Shown piece by piece: positions 1-11,806 of a stretch of DNA of 64,000 nt (the first letter of the stretch is position 1; each line of letters opens with the position of its first letter). The notes under the pieces were generated by a model that saw only the letters and a list, made by a program, of their open reading frames with translations, was not told the origin of the DNA and did not search any database. The translations under genes and the position numbers were made by a program. This stretch comes from Chrysomallon squamiferum (taxonomy: Eukaryota > Animalia > Mollusca): positions 37,324,001-37,388,000 of the forward strand of contig CM022670.1 in NCBI GenBank assembly GCA_012295275.1. Direction: 5' to 3'.

Positions 1-1179
1 TATACAAAAAGATACAAAAAGATACAAATGAGGAAAAAAACCTAACTTGTGATATTGTGTATTGTACTTGGAATGTCTTTTTGTCAATTTATAAACATTA
101 TTTAATAATAATATTAATTATTAAAACTAAATGATCACAACCAAAAAATATATTTACTTATTCTGTTTATTTATATATTTTATTATTTTTAATATGAGGA
201 TTTTGTTTTATATATATTTGTTGAAACGTATTATTAACAATAATATCCGCCATTTTCACCTTATATTTTCTGCTTTCATTGCTATAACTTAAAAATTCTT
301 TATGTAATAATCTGATGTCTTGTATGTCCAGACCGACAGGAACATGGAAGAATTGATTAAATTCATCGCCTGTATATTTTTCTACGTCGTCTGCTAAAAG
401 TGGGCGGAGTCGGTGAAAAAAATGTTGTTGTTCTCTTGTCAATAATGTATCTACATTATTATATTTAGATGCTTTCGCTGACTCATTAGTAACTAAAACT
501 TGATTTGTTATGAATGCAAAAGTCATCCAGTTGGGATAATACCGACCAAAATACATTATTCTTCCCAAATTCTGCTTTAGCTGTAATTTGTGTAAGCGTT
601 AAAAAGCAACATCTGCCTTTGTGGTTTTCCCTCCTTTCCAGTAAGGCATCAGTGGCAACAATATCATTTGAAGTTGGATTTCAAAATTTTACAAATATAT
701 CAGTTGCTCCTTTTTAATTTAACAGTGAATAAGGACGGATGTATTACAACATTTATTTTCATTTATACTAATGTTCATTATATAAAATAAATAAATTTAT
801 ATATATTAATTCACAGTGTTTTTATACTCTATACTTATTACCATCACCCGTGAGTTAAAATGAACAAACAAATGTTAGCGGCTACAATTGTATAAAAGGA
901 CAAAATAATAATAAAATAAAATAAAAATGAACTATAATATAACTATTTAATATGTGTTCTAAGATCAAAAGGAGAAACCGTTGTTAAGGTAAAGAAAAAA
1001 ATCCTTTTAATCGAATTTCCTATCAACTTTATTAAGTTATCTCAATTTAGTCATCATTTTACAAAAATATGCGAAATATGTATAATTCTTTTTATTTAAA
1101 ATGGGATCTAAAATTTTATTTTCTAAATTAATGTTACAGAAAGCAAGTCAGAAATAATTGTGGTATGAGCTACAATAGC

Positions 1180-1270
1180 ATCTATTTCCGCATACTTCGG
1201 AATTTTCCGAGCACATGACGAAATAAACCGGAATAGAAGTTGTAGACGTATGCTTATTTCAAGATGGCAG
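1180..1270 (+). promoter_or_regulatory. Probable HM13 core promoter / 5' UTR
   Basis: Local CpG cluster with ETS-like cores (tttccg, ttcggaa, ccggaa) and a YY1-like caagatggc overlapping the ATG. Motif-level evidence only. Confidence 0.4.
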
Positions 1271-1452
1271 ACAACGTGGTTGAACAATCTGTTCTCAATG
1301 CGACAGTTAATGGAACCGCAGTTAACGCAACGGGTAAAATACCCGCGACACCACAGGGCATGGCCATTGCATATTCCAGTCTATTTATTATGGCAGTTTT
1401 CCCCATTTTCATCGGTGCATTGCGTTCTGTGAAATACCATAAGGAGCAAAAG
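1264..1452 (+). CDS. HM13: HM13 coding exon 1
   Basis: MADNVVEQ...ATPQGMAIAYSSLFIMAVFPIFIGALRSVKYHKEQK, donor gtaaac, phase 0. Confidence 0.93.
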
Positions 1453-4400
1453 GTAAACACATGTTGATGATGTTCATGATGATGTTGATGTCGTATGTTT
1501 TACTTTTATGTATTTCGTTTCTCTGTTACTCTTTTTTATACGAAAAGTATTTATTTTTTGCATATTGATATTTAAATATTATTTTTATATTATTAAAAAT
1601 TGTAACTTAATGATAGTAACAAAATTTAATATTTAATTTATTATATAATTATAAACTTTTCTCAATTATCAGTCGGAAAAAAAAAAAAAATTAATAGAGT
1701 TAAAAAATGAATAGCTCCAGCTTTGATCTGCATTTAATGATTTACAAGTAAAATAATGCTGATACTATAACTATAGTGATAGGTTAAATTAATTAACTGT
1801 TCTTTGTATTTTATTAATATTATCTATACATTCAGTTCACTTCATTACCATGTTAACTGACCATCTGGCATCTGTTGTACAAGGTGCATACTTTAAATTA
1901 AAAGAAAGTACAGGGATAATGTAAATAATTATTTTCATTTGGTATAATATGTTAATCACTTTAACTAAATGTTCTTGATTTATTTTTAACTTTTTCAAAA
2001 TGTTTGCATTTATTTAATTTTGGGGGATTTATATATTTATTTATTTATTTATTTTAGGAATCTGGAGAAAAGCCAGAAACTATGTCATCAAAAGATGCTG
2101 CTATGTTCCCCATAATTGCTAGCTGTACATTGTTTGGAATTTATTTGGTATTTCAGGTAACTACATTTTAAACATTGCAAAACAAATAAGATATAATGTC
2201 CTTGTATTGTTTGCTCTGGATGGACCTGTTTAGCAGTTTATCATTCCAAGACAAGTATTTGACTGTGCGATGATGCAAATAAAAGATATTTCCAAACTGG
2301 TCTTTTATACATAGGAAACAAAATGTAAATATTTTGTCTTTACATGAGCTAAAAGTATTACTTATATATATGAGGCCAGTTGTAGAGTCACTCTGGACAG
2401 CACTAAAACATCTTGACTGTTTATTTTTTCATGGCTGTTTCTTGTTTCTGTTATCATTTTTTATTTTGATTGCTTTGTCTTTAAATAAGGGTCAAACAGT
2501 GGCAGTGGTGCTACCATCATCAAAATGTGTGCAATGCTAATCTGCCAAAATTGGCTGTTGGCCTCGTATATAAGCAGTTTTTGTTAGTCTCAGTATGTGG
2601 AGAAAATAACAAATATATATACCCTTTTATTTCTAGAAACACATTGTGCTGTGACCACTTTTGGGTCAGATCATTATCATCATAGAAACAGTTAACACTT
2701 TTATGGCAACTAGTGCCAGAAGAGCACATAAAATAAAATATTTAATTTTACTCTCAGATTCTGGCATCCTTTGGTAGATTTCAGTAGCAAAAACCCCATA
2801 GTCTACCACTAAGATAGATTAGATCTCAGTGAGTGACTAAAATAATCTTTTAATAAGGAGTGTAAAAACTGTTGTCTTTTTATTTCTTTCACTTGTTACA
2901 AGTTAAATAAGAATAAATGCATTTTATTTAATTTTATAATTTTCATGTTACATATCTTTATTTCTGTTCAGATATTTTCAAAGGAGTACATCAATCTTCT
3001 GTTAGCATTTTATTTCTTCATTCTTGGAGTCCTTGCTTTGGCACATATCGGAAGGTATGTAATAAATAGGTAATATTTTACAACATATTTCTAATTCATT
3101 CATAAAATAAAAGTATTAATAGTGAATTCTGTTACATATTTCTTTAAGCTAAATAACCATACTTTATCAGAAAGTCATTCATTTTAATTTAAAGTATTGT
3201 ATTATCTTTAATTGTTGTCATGTTTATTCTTTATCTTGGTTTCTTTTTAGTCCATTTATGTCCAGAATGCTGCCAGCATCTTTTCCAAACAAGGAATATC
3301 ATTTGATATTTACTCAGGGAAAGGCAGAGAAGAAGGAAGGTTTGTTTACTGAAACTATTTCTCTACAGATCTTCCTTTGTAGTCATTTAAAAGATTCACT
3401 ACAATGAAAACTAGTTTCTTCATAATTGTTCAGTTCACTTGTAAATGTTACTGAAAATGTTTTCAGCCATGTTGTAATAACCTGAAATCCTTTCTAATGA
3501 AAACATATTTATTCCAGAAATAATGAATTACGAATTTGATCGTAAAGATCTGTCTTGTTTGCTGGCTTGCACTGCTATTGGTGTTTGGTACTTGTGGAAG
3601 AAGGTTTGTTTGATTTCTGATTTTTATAAATGATTTTAGCAATATTTTTTGAGTAAAGATTTCAGCTTTATTGATTTTTTTTTTTAGTGCCATAAATTAA
3701 GAGCCTGTGGTGTTATATGCCATGTTTACATTTTATCTTTTACAAATAATTCATGTTTTCATGTAGTTATTTCCCATTATCTTCTTCCAAGAAATTAAGC
3801 CAATGATCCAGTTTCTGTATCATTGTTTCAGTCTTTATGATTTTAATAAATAGTTTTATGTCTTAATTTAACTTTTCTGTTACTTGTCCAGCACTGGATT
3901 GCCAATAATTTATTTGGACTTGCTTTTGCTGTCAATGGAGTGGAACTGCTTTCACTGAACCGCATCAGCACTGGCTGCATCCTACTGGGAGGACTATTTG
4001 TCTATGACATTTTTTGGGTGAGTGATCAGTGAACTGTGATGTTAGATATTAAACCTAACCTTTCTGTATGCAACTTGAAACAAGATAAAAAAAAATTGAT
4101 ATTGGACTCATTTTTTGTTTTTAACTTGTAATATTTAATTTTTTACTTCCCTTCTTCATATTATTTTTTTTCAATACCTTATGAATATAAGAGTATCAGT
4201 GGCTTTGACAGCTGCAATCCTAATTATTTGTTGATTAAAAAGAACACAATATTTGACATATAAAATAAATGCTTACATTAGTTGTTTTTGTGTTCAGTAT
4301 TTTAAAAACAGTTAAAACTTTTAATTTCTTTTTCCAGGTATTTGGTACCAATGTGATGGTAACAGTTGCAAAGTCTTTTGAAGCACCTATCAAATGTATT

Positions 4401-5493
4401 TATAAATAATTTTATCTAATAATAGTTTAAAATTAAAAATATATTAATGCTTGAAATCAAATATACAGCAAAGAAACTTATGTTACAGTGCAGTGATATA
4501 AGATGAGTGGTAGCAGTGTAATATTTTAAAAGTTAACATCATTATGTATGTGTAATGTATATAATATATATGTGTATATTATTGTATTTTTATTTTTCAA
4601 GTTTTTAAATATTTTGTTTCTTTTCATTGTGTAAACCAGAGTTAATCACACATCTGAATATAAATATTTGCATGTCTGTCACTTGTTTATTTTGTGTGTG
4701 CTTTTTAAATAATAATTTATAATTATGTGACATGCAATAACATTTAATTATTTCAGTGGTGTTTCCTCAAGACCTGTTAGAGAAAGGACTGACTGCAAAT
4801 AATTTTGCAATGTTAGGTTTGGGGGACATTGTTATACCTGGGATATTTATAGCATTGCTTCTAAGATTTGATGTTAGGTAAGTTTATATATTTCTTTTAA
4901 TAATACAAACTTTAATAAACAAACTCAAATATATGTTTTTATTCTGATCCACTATACTTTATGCTGCAAACAAATATGTATGTACAACTGTTAATGATGT
5001 ACAGTTAAAAATCTTTTGATAGTTATCTCCCTTTGGTACCAATGAAAACTGCTGTTTTAGACAGCCAGTTTAAAATGATTAAAATGGCATAAAATTGAAA
5101 TATGTTTTATTTAAAATGTTATAATTAAATGTCTATCAAGTGTCAGCAGAGAAATAATTTTGTTCATATTTCTCTGTCATGTTCTCCATGTTTGACATTG
5201 GTTGGAAAAGTCTGCTTTTAGTAGTAGCAGCAAAAGATTTAATTTGTTTTATCCCATTTCAAGAATAAGTGTTCAAAAGTTTGGTTATTGTGTATATTGT
5301 TAGTTCATTCAGATATTTGAATTTGTCTGTCTTTAATCTCTGCCAAAATGTTGGTTGTGAACAGTTGCCAGTAATACTGTCTGTCTGTCTTTGTGTTTTA
5401 AATTGTATAGCTATGGATCACAAGGAGATGGGCAATATGGGTGAAATACTTACCCTTTTGTACTAAACTTCGCTTTACTTCAAAATCACAATC

Positions 5494-5529
<36 letters not shown>

Positions 5530-7826
5530 TTATTTATTTTTATTATTATTATTTTTAAATATCATTTGGAAGTTGAAAGTATCAATATATTTTGCCTCCA
5601 TTTTGTCCAATGATCATATAAACACATTGACCAGTGGACCATTATTTGCATCAAATATATTTATCATAAATCATGTATAAATAGTGCAAAATGCATTGTT
5701 TTACAGTTGTAATTAGAGGCTGACAGTAAACACAGTTCTATTAAATTAATTGAGATGCACATAACTAATTGTACAGAATCACATGTACAGTAAAGATTAC
5801 AATTAACAAACCAAAATAAACAGAATTCCAAGACTTGAGAAAGCTGGCTGCAAGTAATAGTAAACAAACAAAAGCCTGAAACTTTTATTAAATAATTTTA
5901 TCACTTATGCCATGAACCCAACACAGCTAAATTGTTCTGTTTACAGTGGATTTGTTTAGAAAGTTTGACATTGCCATTTTTTAGGTTGCTTTGCCTTTAC
6001 CACGAATTCAAAGTAAATGGTTTAAAATGTGTGCCATACTTATTTATACAGACTTCTGCTTTTGACACTAATTTTAAATGAGGTATTCATTTTGGTATCA
6101 ACACCACACTAATAATGATCTTGTTCATCTAGTTGCATGTAGTAATTACAAGAAGTTTAAAATTATTGTTTATTAAGTTAAAAAAACTGAACATTTCATC
6201 TCACACAGTAGTCTGATTGCACGCAAATTGTCGCTATTGCTTAAGAAGTAATCATGTAGCAAAACTGTTTACAGCTTGTGTTTTGTTCAGGAATTTGCAC
6301 CTGAAATATGAAGGAGACAGCATCAGGATTAGACAGTGTTTTGAGACCTTAAAATGGTGCTGGTTTAAACAGAAATCTGGATTAGTCAGAGACAGTTTTC
6401 ACAGAGTGTACATACATTTTTTAAATTTTTTAAAAAAACTTGAAATATAGTTAATATTGAAATTAACATATTTTGAAATACATAAACTTGACATGCATCT
6501 AACTAATATACTCTGACATTGACTGCAGTTTGTTGTATTAAGCTGTAGATTTGCAATCTCATGTGCATTAGAGGATCTGAGATTTTCAGTGAATATTGCA
6601 ACTTCTTGGTTATCTGTATTAAATAGTGAAAAAACTAAATGTTCACAGAACTTGTGTATCATGTAGTTCAGTAATGTTATTTGTTGAAAGATTATTACTT
6701 ATGCTTTATTTTCAGTCTGAAGAAAGATAGCAAGGTGTATTTCTATGCTGGTTTTGCTGCTTACTGCCTTGGATTGCTAACCACAATGTTCGTAATGCAT
6801 TTCTTCAAACATGCCCAGGTCAGTGCCTTCATAAAACTGCTGAGAGCTCTTAACATTTTTACCGTGTTTTGTTTACATATTTTTTTCAGTTATTTGGGAG
6901 TTTTTTTAATGCTGTTATTTGTAGTTAATAATATTTAAATGATAGTAGAAACTAGTTTTCATTGTAGACAAAATAATTGAATTAAATGTAATATAATCAA
7001 ACATTTTAACATTAAGAGTATAAATGTATATTTGACAGTTTAAACCAGGCTTTGACAAGAGAATGTAATGTAGCAACAAATGGTTTTATTTTTATTTTTC
7101 ACTGCATATAAGAATTATTTTTAAAAAATGTTTTAAAATTATATTCCAGCCTGCTCTGCTGTATCTTGTACCTGCATGTACAGGTGTACCTATAGTTGTA
7201 GCTCTGATCAGAGGAGAAATTAAGGAGTTATTTAGGTAGAGTATTATTTTTATTCAGTTACATTTATATTATTTATAGTTAATTAAAAATGGTAAATACT
7301 TAAACATTTGGAAATAAATATTTTTAATTTCTGTAAGTAAAAGGGTATATGTTCAATTGGGTTACTTCATGTGTATTTTATACCAAGTAATGAGTGCCTT
7401 TTTTTTACTTACAGAATTTAAAAATTCTTTATCAATGTTCAAAGTTTCCTTTAATAATATTGAAACTATAGTTTCATTTTTAAACGTAGACTATAATCTA
7501 TTCATTTCTGTAAGATTATCATGAAAAATAGATAATGGTAACCATAGAGAAATAATTTTTAATATTTGTCTTGTGCAAAATATTTATTTATACAAAACTT
7601 TTTTTTTTTAGTATAAAATAATTTGGATACCACAAAATGGTAATGACAGGCAATTAAATGTTTTTTGTTGTTTTTGTTTCCTTGTGAAAAAGGACAAACT
7701 CTTCTTATCAAAACATTATAATTTTTATATTATTATTACTACAGCTATGAAGATCACTCAGAGACAAAAGATGAGAATGATCCTAATAAAAGTGAAGACA
7801 AGAAAGCAGAAAAGAAAGAGAAATAA
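1264..7826 (+). CDS. HM13: Signal peptide peptidase / minor histocompatibility antigen H13 (GxGD intramembrane aspartyl protease), complete, 11 coding exons, 373 aa
   Basis: Exons 1264-1452, 2058-2156, 2972-3054, 3251-3339, 3518-3603, 3892-4017, 4338-4395, 4757-4877, 6716-6818, 7150-7235, 7745-7826. All introns are GT-AG with matching phases, total 1122 nt. Catalytic YD (GLFVYDIFWVFGT), LGLGDIVIPG, HAQPALLYLVP and a C-terminal KKEK ER-retrieval signal are present. Confidence 0.96.
2058..2156 (+). CDS. HM13: HM13 coding exon 2
   Basis: ttttag|ESGEKPETMSSKDAAMFPIIASCTLFGIYLVFQ|gtaact. Confidence 0.93.
2972..3054 (+). CDS. HM13: HM13 coding exon 3
   Basis: ttcag|IFSKEYINLLLAFYFFILGVLALAHIG|gtatgt. 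Confidence 0.93.
3251..3339 (+). CDS. HM13: HM13 coding exon 4
   Basis: ttttag|PFMSRMLPASFPNKEYHLIFTQGKAEKKE|gtttgt. Confidence 0.92.
3518..3603 (+). CDS. HM13: HM13 coding exon 5
   Basis: ttccag|IMNYEFDRKDLSCLLACTAIGVWYLWKK|gtttgt. Confidence 0.92.
3892..4017 (+). CDS. HM13: HM13 coding exon 6 (YD catalytic motif)
   Basis: HWIANNLFGLAFAVNGVELLSLNRISTGCILLGGLFVYDIFW|gtgagt. Confidence 0.95.
4338..4395 (+). CDS. HM13: HM13 coding exon 7
   Basis: VFGTNVMVTVAKSFEAPIK, weak donor t|gtattt, phase 1 matches the next exon. Confidence 0.92.
4757..4877 (+). CDS. HM13: HM13 coding exon 8 (GLGD catalytic motif)
   Basis: VFPQDLLEKGLTANNFAMLGLGDIVIPGIFIALLLRFDV|gtaagt. Confidence 0.95.
6716..6818 (+). 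CDS. HM13: HM13 coding exon 9
   Basis: LKKDSKVYFYAGFAAYCLGLLTTMFVMHFFKHAQ|gtcagt. Confidence 0.93.
7150..7235 (+). CDS. HM13: HM13 coding exon 10 (PAL motif)
   Basis: PALLYLVPACTGVPIVVALIRGEIKELF|gtagag. Confidence 0.94.
7745..7826 (+). CDS. HM13: HM13 last coding exon (KKXX signal)
   Basis: acag|YEDHSETKDENDPNKSEDKKAEKKEK*. Confidence 0.9.
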
Positions 7827-10800
7827 AGAATTGTCATTGATCCCTAAAATTAATCAAACGGATTGCTTGCCCTCTTTTTGCTGGTCTTCAGCATGATTTG
7901 ACACGTGTGAATGATCTTCTGGTGTGAATATTTGAAATTGATGTAAAGCAGTGTGGTATAAGTTGGGCAGTTCTTCTATCACCAGTGAGCTTCGAGTTGT
8001 AAATGACAGTTTTGTTGATATTTTATGTCGCAATTGTTTTCTTTTTCAACATTTTGGAGTATTGTGAATATTATGTAAATTATAACAGATTTTTTTGTTT
8101 TTTTGTTGGATGGATGTAGGTTTACCAAGTTAGGTTTAATTATTTTATTATTAAAACATTCGTATTCTTATTTCATTCTGATAATTTTGAAACTTCACTG
8201 TTCTGTTAATTTATTACAACTTAATTTTTAATTTTAAAATATTTTATTCTATATTGTAACTGGTATTAGAATAGTTTAGATTTGATATAAGTAGTAACAA
8301 ACAGTTTTTTTTTTCTGTCCTCTCGTTTTAAAAGTGGTCTATTACTGTATTATTGTTACTGATAATATTATTATTCAAAATATGTATGCATACATTGGTG
8401 TTGGGATTTTAGTAGAAAATATTTGTCAAGAGAAAGTGGAAATAAACATTCATCATCATTGTTTTCATTCTGATATCAAACAGAACTTCATTAATGTGTT
8501 TTTTCTCAAATCAATCTGACATTTTTGTTTCTATGCCTCATCTTTGTTTTGAATAAAACTAGCATATTATTATTATTTCTTTTTTTTTTTTTAATATTTA
8601 TATACATTGCATAATCAGTGACAGTTGACAGTAACAAACCAGTTGATATTAAATAAGTTGCATTAAAATTATAGACATAATTTGACCAAAAAAAAGAAGA
8701 TATTTTCACATTTATTGCTGTTCAGAAATTATAACAGCTGTTGATTGATTTTGGGATTTTATATACCTTTTCATTAACCACTTTTATTATCTGACAATGA
8801 GAGGGCTTAATCATTTAAATTTTACTTTGCAGACTAAAATGATTTCTTGTAAATGTAATTTTTATGAGAATTTTTTTTTTTTTTTTTCCTTACAATTTAA
8901 TATTTGTTTTGGTGGGTTTTTTTTGGATTTGTTAAATTCTGTTTGTAAACATTCTGAATTAATATATGATTATATTTCTTGGTAAATGCTATACTTATTA
9001 GACAAAACAATGAGTTAATAAAACTTAAAATTTAATTTTTATCTTACATTGACAGATGGGTGTACTTAAATGTACATTGAAATAAAACTATTCTCATTTT
9101 TATCAATTTATTCAGTTGATTAATGAAGAAGCCATATTCTTAGATTTCACTTAATAACTTATTTATACAAAGATAAATAGTTCAGAATTTCATTTTGGAT
9201 CATAAATTGGTCTTGACATTTTTGTTATATGGATTTAAAAACAACAAAAAACAAAAAGTAAAAAAACTTACATTTGTTTATAAATTCATCAGTCACATGG
9301 ATATTTGACATTATACTAATATTTATTTATGTCACAGTCTGGTAGATTATTAGATTAGTTTTATTTATTTATTTTTCTTTTAATGTTTTATCATGTTTAA
9401 ATTGTATTTTTTATGTTACAATCAAACAACCTGATCATGTTCAGTATTTTATTATTAAATTGGTTTAGTCTGTAAGAAATCTTACTGTTCAATAAAAGAG
9501 CAAAATCATGTTTGTTTTTCAAGAGGATCAAACATCATTTAATGTTTTGTTTTTCATGTATTTCATTTGTTACCAAAGTCTCAAACACAAAACCATCTTT
9601 CCACTTTTGCATCTAGATGTTAGTATTCATTATTTTTCTGATTTAATGTTTATTTGCAAAAACAAAATGCATTCATCAATTCTGTGATTTTATTTGAATT
9701 TTTGTTCTATACATTCTTTTTCTTACCTTTTACATAAAACAAAAGAAAGCCTTCATTATTTTGGCTTTCGTTACAAAACCACACACATAAGACAAAAAAA
9801 CTATTATTTCATTTAAACATATTTAAATGTATATTTATGGTTGAAGAATGTTGTTTTATTGTCTTTTTGTTATTAATGAAGTAAATGTAATAAAATAACA
9901 TGCTTGCATTGAAGAACTAGGGCTGATATTTGTTTTAATGTGACATCTTCAAACACAGATGTAAAAATATATCCCGGTATATTTGAGGACACAACACACT
10001 GGTAATAACTTGTTTTTATTTTTTTAAAGGGATAAAAAAAAAAAAAAAACTACATTTCAGTGTATTTCTATACACTAAAATAATGGAAAATGTCAGATTC
10101 AGATAATTTGCACAAACTTGTTATTTTATAGTTTTACTTTACTGTTAGCAAATATTGAATATAAAAAAAAATTACTTGCATATAATTATAACTTACTTTT
10201 TTTCTTCTTTTTTTACTCGTAATTTACCTTATAAGGATTTTAAATTTAAAAAATAAATGACTTTCAAACAAAATTGTAACAGTTAATCTTAGTAATTTGG
10301 TAATACTGGTTAGAATAATGACAAAGCTTAGTAATGTGTGTACCTACAACTGTGAATGTTTGATAGTAAACTGAGGGCAGTCATCTTATAATGTGCTATT
10401 TATTTCCTGTCATTAAATGGTGCTTACAAATGTTAATAAACCAGTTTTGAAGCAGGATGTTCCATATTTTAATTATTTATTTAAACTGCAATCAAAGGAA
10501 ACAGTTGTGTTTTATATAAAAGTTGATACGCTTATGATCAATAACAGAACTTGTATGTTCTGAAATTTCATGAAATGATATTTTAAGATATCACTGAGCA
10601 ATTTTAAATAAAATGACTTAAAGAAAGTTCCATTCCCTTCACAGACACACATAAAATAAAAATGAATATCCATAAATTAGAATATACAGTAGATAAGCAC
10701 TTGTCAGCAAAAATATCTTTTGCTATTTTCTAGCTTATAATTATAGTGCAATGGCAGTTTTATCAGTTTCTTATATTAAGCTTATTTTCCAGTACTACAT

Positions 10801-11042
10801 GATATACTTTGGACAGTATTTCTCATAAATTAAAATAACTAAACAATAATTTATTTTTGTGGAGATTACAAAAAAAAAAAATCATAATAATTTTTTTTTA
10901 TAATAATTTAGTAATTAACAGCAGTGAAAGCTATCCACCATATAGATGATGCAAACCCACAAATGAAATCTTGAGATCAGTACATGTATGAAACCAGAAA
11001 TAAAAATTGTTATATATACACATCTATGAACATACAAAAAAG

Positions 11043-11074
<32 letters not shown>

Positions 11075-11539
11075 CAAAGTAATCAAATAATAACTTACAG
11101 AAAATTAGATCGGTATTGATTTATCTTTAAAATATTTTTAAAAAATAAAATACAATTGGGACTAGCGCTACAATATAATCTTTGCATCATAATTCTGCCA
11201 AGTCACGAAATGCTGTCTCTAGTTAGACAATTTATTTTGGGATCGGGATTAGAAATAGAAAATACGATTTACAAGTTTTGACATTGCACGTAAAGTTGTC
11301 TATATTTGGAACTACTGTTGATAACATATGGACTGAATCGATCACATTCATTTCCTATTGTTTGCTAACAACATTATATCTTAACGACTGTTATATGATG
11401 TGGAATGGGCACGCTCACACATAGACACACACACACACGATCCCGAAGAGTGAAATAGTTCAAAATACGATACTAAATACGTCTGTTAGCATAGAAAACA
11501 GAACTAGATAAACAGACCAGACTAGCAGAGACCTCTGGG

Positions 11540-11806
11540 TGACGTCAGTGTTCGGCAGCTAACCATTTTTTAGTGTGTTCGCAGCGCATTTAATACTGTA
11601 AGATTAAATATTTACCTATAATAACATTAAAGATCTTCTTCTTCCTTCTTCTTCTTCTTCATATTGTTATTGCTGGTGCTGTTATTGTTAGGGCTAAACC
11701 GTTGTTGTTTCTTTATTTATTTTGTTTATTTTTATTTTATATATTTTTTTGTGACAAGGCTAGATGAAATTTCAGAGAAACGTATGCCCTATACGCTATG
11801 ACGTCA
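11540..11806. promoter_or_regulatory. Two perfect palindromic CRE sites (TGACGTCA at 11540-11547 and 11799-11806), candidate IP6K promoter or enhancer
   Basis: Exact 8-mers in a CpG-containing stretch between the HM13 3' end and the IP6K coding exons, with a gggtggag box at ~11828. Assignment to IP6K is inference. Confidence 0.4.

Noticed and set aside
4396-4404. HM13 intron 7 donor gtatttata as a U12 site
   Set aside because: Lacks the TCCTT core and there is no CCTTAA branch near the acceptor. Treated as a weak U2 donor.
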